Shown here: one piece after another, positions 10,084-20,207 of the stretch | How positions within the stretch are numbered: position 1 is the stretch's first letter | Layout of the letters: each line of letters opens with the position of its first letter | Origin: Acidimicrobiia bacterium | GTDB taxonomy: Bacteria > Actinomycetota > Acidimicrobiia > IMCC26256 > JADLDD01 | Assembly (NCBI GenBank): GCA_020846855.1 | Contig: JADLDD010000013.1 | Span: 1,530 to 65,529 of the forward strand | Reading direction: 5' to 3' | DNA: 64,000 nucleotides | Program-made: the position numbers and the translations under genes | The notes under the pieces: model-generated | What the model was told of the DNA's origin: nothing | The model's input: only the letters and a program-made list of their open reading frames with translations | Databases searched by the model: none

Positions 10084-10518
10084 ATGCACGTACCGGTACG
10101 GCGGCTCGACGTCGACGCCCCCCTGCCGTCGCAGGCCCACGACGACGACGCCGGCTACGACCTGTGCGCCGCCCACGACGCCGAGCTCGAGCCGGGCGGG
10201 GGCCGGGCGCTGGTCCGTACCGGCCTCGCGGTGGCGATACCTCCGGGGTGCGGGGGTTTCGTGCTGCCGCGCTCCGGCCTGGCGCTGCGCCACGGCGTGA
10301 CGCTGCTCAACACGCCCGGGCTCATCGACCCGCAGTACCGGGGCGAGCTCAAGGTGCTTATGGTCAACACCGACCCGCGCGAGCCCTACGTCGTACGGCG
10401 CGGCGACCGGATCGCCCAGATCGTGATCCAGCGCGTCGAGTACGTGGAGTGGCAGGTCGTCGACACGCTCGAGGCGACCGAGCGCGACACGTTCGGCTTC
10501 GGCTCGACCGGCCGCTGA
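10084..10518 (+). CDS. dut: dUTP diphosphatase, 144 aa
   Basis: [42 protein letters not shown] trimeric dUTPase motifs; start ATG 10084. Confidence 0.96.
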   Translation: MHVPVRRLDVDAPLPSQAHDDDAGYDLCAAHDAELEPGGGRALVRTGLAVAIPPGCGGFVLPRSGLALRHGVTLLNTPGLIDPQYRGELKVLMVNTDPREPYVVRRGDRIAQIVIQRVEYVEWQVVDTLEATERDTFGFGSTGR

Positions 10519-10545
10519 GCCGGGTCCGTACCTGCGGGTGGAGAG

Positions 10546-11451
10546 TCAGAGGAGAGAGCGGAGCAGCTCGCGGGTGCGGGTCCGCTCCGTGGCGTCGCCG
10601 AACTCCGAGGCGAAGAGCTCGGTCGCGCCGGCCTCGAAGACGTCCTCGATCGCGGCCGTGACGGCCGCCTCGTCGCCGGCGATGGCGAGGTCGGCGGGCC
10701 CGTCGGCGCCCTCCCGGTCGAGCATGGCGCGATACGACGGGAGGGTGCCGTACACGGCGTAGAGGCGCGCGGCGCGCTCCCGGGCCCCGGCGACGTCGTC
10801 GGTCACGCACACCGGCAGGCCCACCGCCACCCGCGGGGCGGGGGCCCCGGCCTCGGCCGCGGCGCGGGTGATCGTCGGGACGGTGTGGGCCGCGAGAGTC
10901 GCGGGACCGGTCATCCACGTGATGGTGCCGTCGGCGACCCGGCCGGCCAGCTCCAGCATCCGGGTCCCGAGCGCGGCGACCAGCACCGGGCACGGCAACG
11001 GGTCCGGGATCGTGAGGCCGATGTGGGTGGAGATCGTCTCGCCCGCGTACGCGACGTTCCCGTCGCGGATCAGAGGCACCAGCACCGACAGGTAGTCGCG
11101 CATGTGGCGCAGCGGTTGCTCGAAGGAGAGCCCGAGGAGACCCTCGATCACCACCTGGTGCGAGAGCCCGACGCCGAGCGTCAACCTCCCGCCCACCGCC
11201 TCCTGCACGGTCAGCGCCTGGGCGGCGAGCATCATCGGGTGCCGGGGGTAGGTGGGCACGACCGCGGTGCCGAGGCCTATGCGGGTGGTGGAGCGCCCCG
11301 CGACGGCGAGCGCGGTGAGCGCGTCGTGCCCGAAGATCTGCTCCATCCAGAACGACCCGAAGCCCTGGTCCTCGGCCTCGGCGATCGCCTCGGCCAGGCC
11401 GTCGAGCCCACCCCGCTCCGCGGCGCCGCCGCCGAAGATGCCGATCCGCAC
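10546..11451 (-). CDS. LLM-class F420-dependent oxidoreductase (TIGR03564-like), 301 aa
   Basis: [57 protein letters not shown]. Confidence 0.88.
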   Translation of the reverse strand: MRIGIFGGGAAERGGLDGLAEAIAEAEDQGFGSFWMEQIFGHDALTALAVAGRSTTRIGLGTAVVPTYPRHPMMLAAQALTVQEAVGGRLTLGVGLSHQVVIEGLLGLSFEQPLRHMRDYLSVLVPLIRDGNVAYAGETISTHIGLTIPDPLPCPVLVAALGTRMLELAGRVADGTITWMTGPATLAAHTVPTITRAAAEAGAPAPRVAVGLPVCVTDDVAGARERAARLYAVYGTLPSYRAMLDREGADGPADLAIAGDEAAVTAAIEDVFEAGATELFASEFGDATERTRTRELLRSLL

Positions 11452-11559
11452 CCTTCCCCCTTCCCGCCCGGCCGTGGTCGTTCCGGTGCTCGCCGGAGGC
11501 TACCCACCCGAGGGTGCGGGCGACCGGGGACCGCCGGTTTGCTAGGGTCGGGGCCCCAC

Positions 11560-11635
11560 GCGGACGTGGCTCAGTTGGTAGAGCATCACCTTGCCAAGGT
11601 GAGGGTCGCGGGTTCGAGTCCCGTCGTCCGCTCCA
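11560..11635 (+). tRNA. tRNA-Gly (GCC)
   Basis: GCGGACG/CGTCCGC acceptor stem, GCTC/GAGC D-arm, TCACC-TTGCCAA-GGTGA anticodon arm, GGTTCGAGTCC T-loop, encoded CCA. Confidence 0.97.
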
Positions 11636-11649
11636 TAGAAACCGCAGGT

Positions 11650-11673
11650 CAGCCGGGGTGAACGCCCCGGCTG
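11650..11673 (+). terminator. Hairpin downstream of tRNA-Gly
   Basis: CAGCCGGGG-TGAACG-CCCCGGCTG inverted repeat. Confidence 0.55.
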
Positions 11674-11717
11674 CCTTCGCGTCCGGGCCCCGCCATCGCG
11701 CGAGCGCCGCGCGGGCA

Positions 11718-11806
11718 CCCGGTGCTCGACATCCCGGTGCTCGACATCCCGGTGCTCGACAACCCGGTGCTCGACAACCGGTGCTCGACAACCCGGTGCT
11801 CGACAA
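11718..11806. repeat. Tandem repeat, 6 copies of a 15-bp unit CCCGGTGCTCGACA(T/A); one copy is 14 bp
   Basis: Units start at 11718, 11733, 11748, 11763, 11778 (one C missing) and 11792; intergenic between tRNA-Gly and a convergent gene. Confidence 0.95.
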
Positions 11807-11878
11807 CCGCTACCCGACCCTGCCCACCGACCGTGACCGGTCTCGACCGCGTGGCCTCGGCCCCTGTCGCCCGGGGGG

Positions 11879-12901
11879 TCAGAGCGTGGGGGTGTAGGCG
11901 AAGAGGCCGGGCAGGCCGCCGGTGTGGACGAACACCACGTCGCGCCGGTCGACGTCGCGCGGGTCGTCGCCGGCCCCGCTGCCAAGCGAGGCGAGCAGGT
12001 GGGCGAACGCCTTGCCGGTGTAGACGGGATCGAGGAGGACCCCCTCGGTGCGGGCCAGGCGGGTGATCGCCGCCTGGCCGGCCTCGGTGGGGATGCCGTA
12101 GCCCGGCCCCAGGTTGGCGTCGGTGATCGTCCACCGATCGTCGCCGGGGACCTCCATTTCGATCAGCGCCGCCGTGGCGGTCAGGAGGTCGCGGATCGCG
12201 GCCGCGGTCAGGGCCGCGTCGTGGTAGACGCAGGCCACGTCGACCACTGCGTCGAGCCCGGCCGCGGCGAGGCCCAGGATCAGGCCGGCGGCGGTCCCCG
12301 CCGTGCTGGCCGCGACCACCACCCGTCCCACGTCGAGGCCCCGCGCCTCGACCTGCCCGGCCAGCTCCAGCGCCCCGGATACGTAGCCCAGCGTGCCGAC
12401 CGGGTCGGAGCCTCCGGGCCCGATCGTGTACAGCGACCGCCCTTCGGCCTCGGCCGCGGCGACGAGGCCGGCGAGCTCGGTGAAGGCCTCGTCGTCGTCG
12501 GCGACCTCGTGGACGGTGGCCCCCAGCAGGTCGTCGAGGAGCCGGTTGCCCGAACGGCGGTAGTGATCGTCGTCGCGCGCGACGGTCCGTACCAGGACCA
12601 GGTCGCAGGTGAGATCCAACCGGGCGCAGGCCGCGGCGGTCTGCCGGGCGTGGTTCGACTGCACGGCCCCGAAGGTGACGACGCCGGTGCAGCCCCAGGC
12701 CAGGGCGGAGCCGAGGAGGTACTCGAGCTTGCGGGTCTTGTTGCCGCCGCCGGCCAGGCCCGAGCAGTCGTCTCGCTTGAGCCACAGCCGGCCGGCCGGG
12801 CGGAGGTCGGCCTCCAGGCGGTGGGCCGGCTCCAGCGGCGTGGGCCAGTGCCCGAGCGCCGCCCGGGGATGGCGGGCCAACCGTTCCGCGACGCTGCTCA
12901 C
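11879..12901 (-). CDS. D-cysteine desulfhydrase / ACC deaminase family PLP enzyme, 340 aa
   Basis: PTPLE, LKRDD, GGNKTRKLEY, QSNHARQTA, LDPVYTGKA, FVHTGG. Confidence 0.92.
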   Translation of the reverse strand: MSSVAERLARHPRAALGHWPTPLEPAHRLEADLRPAGRLWLKRDDCSGLAGGGNKTRKLEYLLGSALAWGCTGVVTFGAVQSNHARQTAAACARLDLTCDLVLVRTVARDDDHYRRSGNRLLDDLLGATVHEVADDDEAFTELAGLVAAAEAEGRSLYTIGPGGSDPVGTLGYVSGALELAGQVEARGLDVGRVVVAASTAGTAAGLILGLAAAGLDAVVDVACVYHDAALTAAAIRDLLTATAALIEMEVPGDDRWTITDANLGPGYGIPTEAGQAAITRLARTEGVLLDPVYTGKAFAHLLASLGSGAGDDPRDVDRRDVVFVHTGGLPGLFAYTPTL

Positions 12902-13043
12902 ACGGCGACTCCTTCGACGGCCTCGACTCCATCGTGCCGGATCTGCCGCCCGTGGCCGGCGCCCGCGATCCGCCCCGCTGGGGACCGGTCGCGATCCGGG
13001 CCCCGGTCGGGGGGCCGGCGCGCGTCGACGGTCGGAGCCCGGG

Positions 13044-14693
13044 TCAGGACGGCGGCGTGGGGTCGACGCCCGTGGCGGCCCCGGCGAGGAACGCGTCCAT
13101 GTAGACGGGGTTCCACAGAGGTGTGTGGCCGCCGTCGGGCACGATCTGGAACCAGATCGCCCGCGGCCGCCCCCATGCGTTCATGGCGGCGCCCATCTCC
13201 CGGTAGGCCGAGCCCGCCGGGCTGATGGTGTCGTTGGAGCCGTGGATCACCAGGCCGGGCGGGTCAGCGCCGTCGATCTGGAGGTTCGGCGACGCGGCGT
13301 GGAGCGCGTCCTGGTCGACGGCGCCCTCGCAGGGGCCCGGCTCCGCCGGAGGGATGAACCCCCGGGTCAGGGGGTACCACTTGGACCGCTTGGAGAAGTA
13401 CTCCATGTCCTCCATGCCGGAGACCGCCACCCATCCGGCGACCTTGTACTGCGACCCGTTGCGCAACCATCCGGACTGGTCGTTCCAGCCGGCGGCGGCC
13501 AACGCCGCCAGGTGACCACCCGACGAGTGCCCGAAGACGACCATCTTGCCGGCGCTGATCCCCATGTTGCTCGCGCGCGACCTGATGTAGGCGATGGCGT
13601 CCTGCACGTCGCGCGCCGGGGTCGGGAACTGGTCGATGCCGCAGGCCGAGAAGCGGTACTGGACGGAGACGATCACCCAGCCCTGGTCCCGGTACGCGGC
13701 GACGGGCGCGGGTAGGGGCTCGGCGACGCCGCGGTTCCAACCCCCGCCGTGGATCCAGATCAGCGCCGGGCGCCGGCCGGGGAAGGTCCACCCGTTGGGG
13801 CGGTACCACGCCAGGCACCGGGTGTCCTGGTCGGGGGCGGGCGTGTAGGAGACCGTTAGGGGGCTGTCGGGGCCGTTGCACGCCGCGACCGGTGTCCCCG
13901 ACCCGTAGTAGGCGGTTCCGGAGCGGGTGAGCGTCACCTCGGTTCCCAGGCCGGTGGTTATGGCGCTGGTGGACGGCACCCACACCCCGCCGACGCGCGT
14001 GGAGTCGACGGGGGCGGGGTGGGACCCGATCCCGAACCCGTGCAGGCCGCCGTAGGCGTCGAGGATGTAGCCGCCGGTGCCGTCGGGGAGCACGGTGATG
14101 TCGCGTGCGATGTCCCAGCCCGGCCAGTTCGGCGCACCGGTCACCGCCGGCGCGTCGCCGATGGTGTGGATCCCGCCGTAGGCGTCGAGGAGGTAGGCGC
14201 CTCCGCCGGGCGCGAGCGCCAGGCCGCGGGCGATGTCCCAGCCGCTCCAGTACGGCCCGCCGGTGAGGGGGGGTGCGTTGCCGAGGCGGTGGATCCCGCC
14301 GTACCCGTCGAGGACGTAGCCGCCCTGGCCGCCGGAGGTCAGGGCCAGGGAGCGGGCGATCTCCTCGTCGCCGAGGTCCGGCGTGCCCGACGGCACCGGG
14401 GCGGCCCCGTAGGCGCGCAGCGTCCCGTAGCCGTCGAGGACGACGCCGGAGTTGGCCGAGGTCGCGACCACGCCGCGCGCCACCGTGGACTCGGCCCAGT
14501 AGGGGTTCCCGAGCGGGGCGATCGTTCCGGTGGGGACGACGCAGGCCGAGAGGAGGACCACCGCGGCCCCGGCGAGGAGCGCCCCGACCCGGGTGCTCGT
14601 GGCCTTCCGTCCGTGGTTCCCCGCCCGCGCGCCCCGGGGGTGGCGGGATCCGCCGGCCGGGGCGGCGGGCCCGTGCCGGCGCATCCGTCGCAT
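13044..14693 (-). CDS. Lipoprotein with N-terminal repeats and C-terminal HSL-like alpha/beta hydrolase, 549 aa
   Basis: Lipobox LLSAC; four LD(G/A)YG repeats; IHGGGW, GHSSGG, HGSND, GGH. A -10 TAGATT 6 nt upstream of ATG 14693 supports the start. Confidence 0.8.
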   Translation of the reverse strand: MRRMRRHGPAAPAGGSRHPRGARAGNHGRKATSTRVGALLAGAAVVLLSACVVPTGTIAPLGNPYWAESTVARGVVATSANSGVVLDGYGTLRAYGAAPVPSGTPDLGDEEIARSLALTSGGQGGYVLDGYGGIHRLGNAPPLTGGPYWSGWDIARGLALAPGGGAYLLDAYGGIHTIGDAPAVTGAPNWPGWDIARDITVLPDGTGGYILDAYGGLHGFGIGSHPAPVDSTRVGGVWVPSTSAITTGLGTEVTLTRSGTAYYGSGTPVAACNGPDSPLTVSYTPAPDQDTRCLAWYRPNGWTFPGRRPALIWIHGGGWNRGVAEPLPAPVAAYRDQGWVIVSVQYRFSACGIDQFPTPARDVQDAIAYIRSRASNMGISAGKMVVFGHSSGGHLAALAAAGWNDQSGWLRNGSQYKVAGWVAVSGMEDMEYFSKRSKWYPLTRGFIPPAEPGPCEGAVDQDALHAASPNLQIDGADPPGLVIHGSNDTISPAGSAYREMGAAMNAWGRPRAIWFQIVPDGGHTPLWNPVYMDAFLAGAATGVDPTPPS

Positions 14694-14791
14694 CCGCTCA
14701 ATCTAGTGCAAGTCGGACCCTCCACCTCGGTGGGTCCGGCGGCGCCGACGATGTCGCGGGACGGGCCGGGTCCGGCGGTACCGTTCCCGTC

Positions 14792-16762
14792 GTGCCGGCG
14801 AACACGAGGCGATCCCCAGGTCGGTCGGCCTCGGCGCGGCTCGCGCTGTCGCTGACCGTGGCGGCGGCCGCGCTCCTCGTGCCGGCCCTCGCGGCCACCA
14901 CGCCGGCCGGGGCGGCCGACACGCCCGCCGCCGAGGGCGCGGCGTCGCCGTTCGAGTCGATACGGCGCTTCGACGTCGAGGCGACGGTCCGGCCCGACGG
15001 CTCCCTGCTCGTCGCCGAGACCATCGACTACGACTTCGGGACCAACCACAAGCACGGCATCTACCGCGACATCCCGGTGCGGGTGCGCTACGACGATCGC
15101 TACGACCGGCTGTACCCGATCGACATGGTCTCGGTCGACGCCGGTGCCGGGACCCCGCACGACGTGAAGAGGGAGTCGGCGCCCGAGGGGCGGACCCGGC
15201 TGCGGATCGGCGACCCGGACCGCACCATCACGGGCCGCCACGTGTACCGGATCCGCTACCGGGTGCGGGGCGCGCTCAACGGGTTCGAGGACCACGACGA
15301 ACTGGTGTGGAACGCCGTCGGCACCGACTGGACGGTGCCTGTCGACGCCGTCTCGGTGACGGTGCACGCGCCCGCGGCGATACGGCGGGTCGCCTGCAGC
15401 GCCGGGCCGTTCGGGTCGGTGCTGCCCTGCGACGCCGCGACCGTCGACGGGCGCACGGCCCGGTTCACCGACGCGGGGTTCGGACCGGGCGAGAACCTGA
15501 CGTTCACGATCGGCCTGCCCAAGGGAGCCGTGCCCGATCCCCGGCCGATCCTCGAGGAGCGCTTCAGCCTCGACCGTGCGTTCTCGCGCACCCCCGCTTC
15601 GATCGGGACGGCCGCGGCCCTCCTCGCCGGGGTCCTCGGCGGACTCGCCATGCTCCTGCGCAGGGTCGGGCGTGACCGCCGGTACGTCGGTTCGCCGGTC
15701 GACGTCGCCTTCGGCAACGCCGACGGCCGCGAGGAGCTCGTGCCGGTGGGCGAGCGCACGGTCGTACCGGTGGAGTACGTACCACCCGACGGGCTGAGGC
15801 CCGGGCACCTGGGTGTGCTCCAGGACCTGCGGGCCGACTCCATCGACGTGACCGCCACGATCGTCGACCTGGCCGTCCGTGGTCACCTCCGGATCGAGGA
15901 GATCGAGAAGAAGGGCTGGTTCGGCAAGGCCGACTGGAACCTGGTCCGCCTGTCGCCGGCGACTCCCGACCCTCCGCTCGCGACCTGGGAGCGGACCCTC
16001 CTCGACCACCTCTTCGAGGACGCCACGGGCGTCCCCGCCCGAGCGGCGGCCGAGGCGGGCCTCGACTGCGCCACTCCCACCCTCACCGCCGCCGCCGACC
16101 TCGGGGGGCGGTCGATCCGACTCTCGGCCCTGCGCAACAGGTTCGCCTCGAGCATGGCGGCGGTCCAGGACGCGCTCTACGACGACGTCGCCGCGCGCGG
16201 CTGGTTCGCCGGGCGGCCCGATCGGGTCCACCGGCGCTGGTCGATGATCGGGTGCGCCGCGCTCGCGGCCGGGATCGGGGCCGTGTACCTGGCCGCTCGG
16301 TACTCCCACTTCGCGCTCGCGCTGGTGCCACTTCCGCTGGCCGGCCTGCTGCTGGTAGCCGTGGCAGGCTGGATGCCGCGCCGGACGGCCCGGGGCACCG
16401 CGGTGCTGCGGCGGGCCCAGGGGTTCCGGCGCTTCATCGAGGAGTCGGAGAGCGAGCGGGCCCGCTTCGCCGAGCGCGCGAACCTCTTCTCGGAATACCT
16501 GCCCTACGCGGTGGTCTTCGGCGCCACGGAGAAGTGGGCCCGGGCCTTCTCCGGTCTGGCCGGCACCCCTCCCGGCACCTCGGCGTGGTACGTGTCGAAC
16601 CACGCCTTCGCCCCCGACACCTTCGGCCAGAGCGTCGAGCACTTCGCGGTCACCAGCGTCGGGACGCTCACCTCGAAGCCGGCGTCCTCGGGTGGGAGCG
16701 GCTTCTCCGGCGGAGGGTCGTCGGGTGGGGGCGGCGGGGGAGGAGGCGGCGGCTCCTGGTGA
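14792..16762 (+). CDS. DUF2207 family membrane protein, about 656 aa (start approximate)
   Basis: Signal peptide; DGSLLVAETIDYDFG, HGIYRDIP, ELVWNAVG, ATIVDLAVRGHL, YLPYAVVFG; Gly/Ser-rich GGGGGGSW C-terminus. Confidence 0.88.
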   Translation: MPANTRRSPGRSASARLALSLTVAAAALLVPALAATTPAGAADTPAAEGAASPFESIRRFDVEATVRPDGSLLVAETIDYDFGTNHKHGIYRDIPVRVRYDDRYDRLYPIDMVSVDAGAGTPHDVKRESAPEGRTRLRIGDPDRTITGRHVYRIRYRVRGALNGFEDHDELVWNAVGTDWTVPVDAVSVTVHAPAAIRRVACSAGPFGSVLPCDAATVDGRTARFTDAGFGPGENLTFTIGLPKGAVPDPRPILEERFSLDRAFSRTPASIGTAAALLAGVLGGLAMLLRRVGRDRRYVGSPVDVAFGNADGREELVPVGERTVVPVEYVPPDGLRPGHLGVLQDLRADSIDVTATIVDLAVRGHLRIEEIEKKGWFGKADWNLVRLSPATPDPPLATWERTLLDHLFEDATGVPARAAAEAGLDCATPTLTAAADLGGRSIRLSALRNRFASSMAAVQDALYDDVAARGWFAGRPDRVHRRWSMIGCAALAAGIGAVYLAARYSHFALALVPLPLAGLLLVAVAGWMPRRTARGTAVLRRAQGFRRFIEESESERARFAERANLFSEYLPYAVVFGATEKWARAFSGLAGTPPGTSAWYVSNHAFAPDTFGQSVEHFAVTSVGTLTSKPASSGGSGFSGGGSSGGGGGGGGGGSW

Positions 16763-16774
16763 CGCCGTCCCGGC

Positions 16775-18226
16775 CTACGAGCCGGAGCGCTCCCCCAGCG
16801 CCGCGGCCGCGGCGGTTCCCGAACGGATGCAGGCGGGCACGCCCACACCGGCCAGCGCGGCGCCGGCCAGCACGATGCCCGGAGCGCGCTCGGCGAGGTC
16901 CGCGTTCGCGGAACGGATCCGTGCCGCGTGGCCGACGCCGTACTGGGGGAACGCACCCGGCCAGCGGCCGACCCGCACCGCGCGGGGCGGGCCCGAGACC
17001 CCGCTGGTCGACCCGAGCTCGGTCACGACCGCATCGGTGAGGTCGGCGTCGTCGAGGTCGTCGATCCGCCGGTCGTCGATCCGGCCCGCCGACGCCCGCA
17101 GCAGGACCGTGCCGGCGCCGCCCCCGGGTGCGAGGTGGTGCCACTTCGACGAGGACCACGAGCAGGCCGTCGTCAGCAGCCCGGCCCGGCGGGGCACCAG
17201 GAACCCGCTGCCCGGAAGCGGTAGGGCGACGTCGGGCGGGTCGAAGGCCAGGGTCACCAGCGCGACCGACGCGTGCTCGATGCCGCCGAGCACCTCGGCG
17301 GCCGCGGGGGCGACACCCGTGAGGAGGCGGGCGGCGGCCGGCGCGGGGGTGGCGATCACGACCGCATCGACCTCGAGGGTCCGCTCCGGGGTCGGCGCGG
17401 CACCGGCCCCGCGGATCCCGACCCGCCAGCCGGGCCCGGCCGACGCCGGCTCGACGGCCACGACCGTCGACGGAACGAGCAACTCGACGCCGCGCGCCGA
17501 CAGGTCGGCGGCCACCGCTTCGGCCAGGTGTCCCATGCCGAGGCGGGGGGTGAGGAACATGGGGCCGCTCCCGGCCGTGGCGGCGCGGGCCCGCAGCGCC
17601 GCGGCGGCCCGGATCAGGCTGGGCTCGCCCGAGCGGGCGGCGGCGTCGAGCTGGGGTGCCGCCGTGGCCAGGCTGAGGTGGTCGGTGTGGCCGGCGTTGA
17701 TGCCTCCGACGAGCGGGTCGACGAGGCGCGTGAGCACCTCGTCGCCCAGGCGGGCCCGGACCAGCTCCCCGATCGACATGTCGTCGGCGAGGGGCGGGCC
17801 GGCGGGGGCGTGGAGGTCGGTCGCCGCCCGGGCCAGCCCGGCCGGGGTGCAGATGCCCGTGGCGGCGAGGGCGTCGAGATCGGTGGGCACACCGAGGAGC
17901 TGCTCGGACGGGATCGGGAGGAGCTCGCCGGCGTCGCCGAGGAGGTAGGCCGGGACCTCGGCGGGGGCGACCAGCGCGTCGCCGAGCCCGACGTCGAGGG
18001 CCAGCTCCGTGGCTCCCGGGACCCGGGCCAGGAACGTGTCGGCGGCCTCGTCGACGGGGCGGCCCGCGAAGGGCGAGGTCCGGAGCTTGCCGCCGAGGCG
18101 CTCCGCCTCGACGACGGTCACCGATGCCCCGGCGAGCACGAGGGCCCGCGCCGCGGCCAGGCCGGCGATCCCGCCTCCGGCGACCAGGACGTGCCCGGTC
18201 GCGCGCCGGGTCGCGCGCCCGGTCAA
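16775..18226 (-). CDS. hemG: HemY/HemG-type flavin porphyrinogen oxidase (coproporphyrinogen III oxidase CgoX), 483 aa
   Basis: TTG 18226 overlaps the hemH stop; GGGIAGLAAA, RLGGKL, ADTFL, DPLVGGINAG, SGFLVP, PQYGVGH, GVGVPACI. Confidence 0.92.
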   Translation of the reverse strand: MTGRATRRATGHVLVAGGGIAGLAAARALVLAGASVTVVEAERLGGKLRTSPFAGRPVDEAADTFLARVPGATELALDVGLGDALVAPAEVPAYLLGDAGELLPIPSEQLLGVPTDLDALAATGICTPAGLARAATDLHAPAGPPLADDMSIGELVRARLGDEVLTRLVDPLVGGINAGHTDHLSLATAAPQLDAAARSGEPSLIRAAAALRARAATAGSGPMFLTPRLGMGHLAEAVAADLSARGVELLVPSTVVAVEPASAGPGWRVGIRGAGAAPTPERTLEVDAVVIATPAPAAARLLTGVAPAAAEVLGGIEHASVALVTLAFDPPDVALPLPGSGFLVPRRAGLLTTACSWSSSKWHHLAPGGGAGTVLLRASAGRIDDRRIDDLDDADLTDAVVTELGSTSGVSGPPRAVRVGRWPGAFPQYGVGHAARIRSANADLAERAPGIVLAGAALAGVGVPACIRSGTAAAAALGERSGS

Positions 18227-19152
18227 CTGTCCGCCTCGTCGGCGGTCGTGGCCACGAGGCGGGCCAGGGCGTCGAAGACGGTGGGGTCGTCGTGGAGGAC
18301 GCCGGTGCGGGCGAAGGCGAGGCCGGCCTCCGCCGCCGCGGCCCGGGCCTCGACATCGACGTCGTAGAGGACCTCCAGGTGCTCGGCCACGAAGCCGTGC
18401 GGGCAGACGATCACCCCGGGGGCGTCGGGGTCGGTGCCGAGGCGGGCGATCACCTCGAGGAGATCGGGTCCCCGCCACGGGTCGGGGGTCCGGCCCGCGC
18501 TCTGCCAGGCGATCGACCAGCGGTCGCGGGGGAGCCCGGCCCGTGCGGCGGCCGCCTCCGCTCCGGCCGTGAGCTGCTCGGGGTAGGGATCGCCCACCAG
18601 GGCCCGCTCCGGGAGGCTGTGGGCGGTGAACAGCACGCGGGAGCCGGGCGGGACGCGCGCCGCCGCGGCGACCAGGGCCGTGGCCGTGAAGTCGAGGTAC
18701 TCGGGAAGCAGGTGCCAGCTCGGGATCGTGGTCGCCGTGATCCCCTGCGCCGCGGCCGCGTCGGAGGCCCGCCGCGCGTACTCGCCCACGCCGGCCCGGG
18801 AGTGGTGCGGAGCGAGCACGAGGCCCACTACGGACCGGCAGCCGAGGTCGTGCAGCTCGGCGACCGCGTCCTCGATGAAGGGGGCCACGTGCTTCTGGCC
18901 CAGCCGGACGCGGAACCGGCCGGGCGACATGCGGTCGAGCGCCGCCTCCAGGCGCCGGTGCTGGCGCCGGGTGTGCTCGCCCAGGGGCGACAGGCCCCCG
19001 ATGGCTTCGTAGCGGCGCACCAGGTCGGCGAGGAGCTCCGGAGTGGGTGGCCGGCCCCGCCGGATCCGGGTGTAGAAGGCCTCGACGGCGTCGCGGGACT
19101 CGGGGGTGCCGTGGGCCATCACCGCCACGCCGATCGGCTCGCCGGCGGTCAT
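18223..19152 (-). CDS. hemH: Ferrochelatase (coproporphyrin ferrochelatase CpfC type), 309 aa
   Basis: ATG 19152 overlaps the hemE stop; [43 protein letters not shown]. Confidence 0.93.
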   Translation of the reverse strand: MTAGEPIGVAVMAHGTPESRDAVEAFYTRIRRGRPPTPELLADLVRRYEAIGGLSPLGEHTRRQHRRLEAALDRMSPGRFRVRLGQKHVAPFIEDAVAELHDLGCRSVVGLVLAPHHSRAGVGEYARRASDAAAAQGITATTIPSWHLLPEYLDFTATALVAAAARVPPGSRVLFTAHSLPERALVGDPYPEQLTAGAEAAAARAGLPRDRWSIAWQSAGRTPDPWRGPDLLEVIARLGTDPDAPGVIVCPHGFVAEHLEVLYDVDVEARAAAAEAGLAFARTGVLHDDPTVFDALARLVATTADEADS

Positions 19153-20207
19153 CGGCCCGTGGCCCCGGTCTCCTCGTGGACCAGGTCGACGAGCGCGGTG
19201 AGCACGCCGGGGTCGGTCTCGGGCAGCACGCCGTGGCCCAGGTTGAACACGTGGCCGGTGCCGCCGCCCCGGCGCAGCACGTCGCGCGCCCGCTCCGCCA
19301 CCACGTCGAACGGCGCCAGGCACGAGGCCGGATCGAGGTTCCCCTGGACCGCGGTGCCGGGACCCAGCCGGGCCCGGGCGGCGTCGAGGGGGGTGCGCCA
19401 GTCGACCCCGACGACGTCGGCCCCCGCGTCGCGCATGAGGGGGAGCAGCTCGGCGGTACCTACGCCGAAGTGGATGCGGGGCACCCCGAGGTCGGCGACG
19501 GCTTCGAGCACGGAACGGCTGGCCGGGAGCACGTGACGCTCGTAGTCGTCGGGTGAGAGCGCGCCGGCCCAGCTGTCGAAGAGCTGGACCGCGGTGGCGC
19601 CGGCGCCCACCTGGGCGCGCAGGGAGGCGGCGGCGATCGAGGCCAGGCGCTCCAGCAGGCGGCCCCACAGCCCGGGATCGCCGAGCATGAGCGCCTTGGT
19701 GCGCGCGTAGGTGCGCGACGGGCGCCCCTCGACCAGGTAGCTGGCCAGGGTGAACGGCGCACCGGCGAAGCCGATGAGAGGGGTGTCGCCCAACTCGGCC
19801 ACGACCCGGGCGACGGTCTCGGTCACGTGGGGCATGTCGACGGGAGGCTCCAGGGGGCGGAGCCGGTCGAGGTCGGCGGCGCTCCGGACCGGCTCCGCCA
19901 CCACGGGCCCCACGCCCGGCACCACCTCGACGCCGAAGCCGACGGCGTCGAGAGGCGTGACGATGTCGGAGAAGAGGATCGCGGCGTCGACCCCGTGGCG
20001 GCGGACCGGTTGCAGGGTGATCTCGGCCGCCAGGTCGGGGTCGCGGATCGCCTCCGAGATGCTGCCGGATCCGCGCGCGGCCCGGTACTCGGGCAGCGAC
20101 CGGCCGGCCTGGCGCATGAACCACACCGGCGTGTGGCGGGTGGGAAGGCGCCGGCAGGCGCGGAGGAACGGGGCGGCGTCGCGCTCCGCGCGGTCCGGGT
20201 CAGCCAC
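19149..20207 (-). CDS. hemE: Uroporphyrinogen decarboxylase, 352 aa
   Basis: [50 protein letters not shown]. Confidence 0.96.
   Translation of the reverse strand: MADPDRAERDAAPFLRACRRLPTRHTPVWFMRQAGRSLPEYRAARGSGSISEAIRDPDLAAEITLQPVRRHGVDAAILFSDIVTPLDAVGFGVEVVPGVGPVVAEPVRSAADLDRLRPLEPPVDMPHVTETVARVVAELGDTPLIGFAGAPFTLASYLVEGRPSRTYARTKALMLGDPGLWGRLLERLASIAAASLRAQVGAGATAVQLFDSWAGALSPDDYERHVLPASRSVLEAVADLGVPRIHFGVGTAELLPLMRDAGADVVGVDWRTPLDAARARLGPGTAVQGNLDPASCLAPFDVVAERARDVLRRGGGTGHVFNLGHGVLPETDPGVLTALVDLVHEETGATGR

Noticed and set aside
11718..11806. Possible CRISPR array or coding pentapeptide repeat (PVLDN / SSTGM ORFs)
   Set aside because: Head-to-tail units without spacers; one 14-bp unit breaks the frame; the overlapping ORFs lack an RBS or recognisable domains.
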